Under the pieces are notes generated by a model. It was given only the letters and a program-made list of their open reading frames with translations, had not been told where the DNA came from and did no database searches. The position numbers and the translations under genes were made by a program. Positions 63,076 through 64,000 of a stretch of DNA of 64,000 bases are shown piece by piece. The DNA is taken from the NCBI RefSeq assembly GCF_006345805.1, contig NC_042997.1:178374001-178438000 (forward strand). The letters run 5' to 3'. The DNA comes from Octopus sinensis (lineage: Eukaryota). Within the stretch, counting starts at the first letter, position 1. Every line of letters starts with the position of its first letter.

Positions 63076-64000
63076 TCTACATATATAGATATATGTATAT
63101 ATATGCATGTAATATATGCATATATACATACAAGTATATATGTATATATGATACTATATAGCTGTCTCTTTCTATATATATGTATATATATATAGATATC
63201 TACATATATATATAGTATATGTATGTATATATATTAATATATGTATGTATATATAGATACATCTATATATACTATGTATTATGTATTTGTATATCTTATA
63301 TATAGTATATAACTTATACTGTTCGGTGTGTGGTGTGTGCTGTGAGATTGAAGATAGAAGAAAAAACGAAAGTGAAAAAGAAAGAACGAAAGAGAGAGAG
63401 AGAGAGATAGAGAGAGAGTGAAAACGCGAATGAAAGAGAGCTGGAGAGAAGAAGTCCTAAGGATTGGATGGATGGATGAATGGATGTGTGTGTGTGTGTG
63501 TGTGGTGTGTGTGTGTGTGTGTGTGTGGTGTGCGGGCGAGTAACAGAATCTGTGGTAGTCGTCTTAGACAGATTCAGTGTCTTGCGTTTCAGAACACAAT
63601 TAGAATAATTATCTTTTCATTGTTCTCCATTGAAAATGTTGATCATCGCTACATTTCTCTGTCCCCCCATCTTTCCCACACCCCGCCGCATCCAGCAACC
63701 ATCTTCCTTTCCTTCCTTCTTTCCTTCTTTCTTTCTTTCTTTCTTTCCTTCGCTCTCTCCCCCCCTCTCTCTCTCTCTCACACATACACACCATATACAC
63801 GTACACACACATACATTGACTTCAGCACTTTTTCTCTTGTGCATCTCCATACACCCTCCTAATTATGTCATACTCTTTGTGTGTCTTTCAATATGAGCTG
63901 GTATCATTCTACATGAATGCTATAAGTGAAAACGTGCCCGATTGTTCAGGTATATATGTATGTGTGTATAAATGTGTGTGTGTGTTTGTGTATGTGTGTG

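Noticed and set aside
57841-63195. Long homopolymeric or low-complexity ORFs (poly-S, D, G, P, H, F/L/S-rich)
   Set aside because: They arise from trinucleotide and CT-rich repeats and have no splice signals or recognisable domains.

Overview
AT-rich, microsatellite-dense animal genomic DNA. The SINE repertoire (tRNA heads with CORE-, V- and Deu/Nin-type domains) fits an octopus or other cephalopod; this is my inference and not database-checked. No prokaryotic features, rRNA or CRISPR. The only host gene I can support is the 3' end of site-1 protease (MBTPS1) on the + strand: penultimate exon 15758-15884 and terminal coding exon 17544-17850. I could not find its upstream exons, so bases 1-15757 are probably one long intron. 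The rest is mobile and repetitive DNA: several SINE families, a decayed mariner, hAT-, piggyBac- and GG-TIR MITEs, RTE and R4/Dong LINE fragments, a Penelope-like (GIY-YIG) fragment, (TAA)n-associated non-autonomous retroelements, minisatellites and microsatellites. Almost all ORFs in the supplied track are microsatellite read-throughs. The most striking signal is a set of minimal type I hammerhead ribozyme folds in at least eight unrelated sequence contexts, often in inverted repeats. They include a canonical back-to-back pair (39.9-40.1 kb), a G3-C8 compensatory core variant (21.5 kb), three U4C variants (25.2, 25.9, 26.7 kb) and a tRNA-headed SINE with a hammerhead-bearing tail (34.6 kb and 52.4-53.3 kb). 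All folds were assigned by eye and none is tested for activity.
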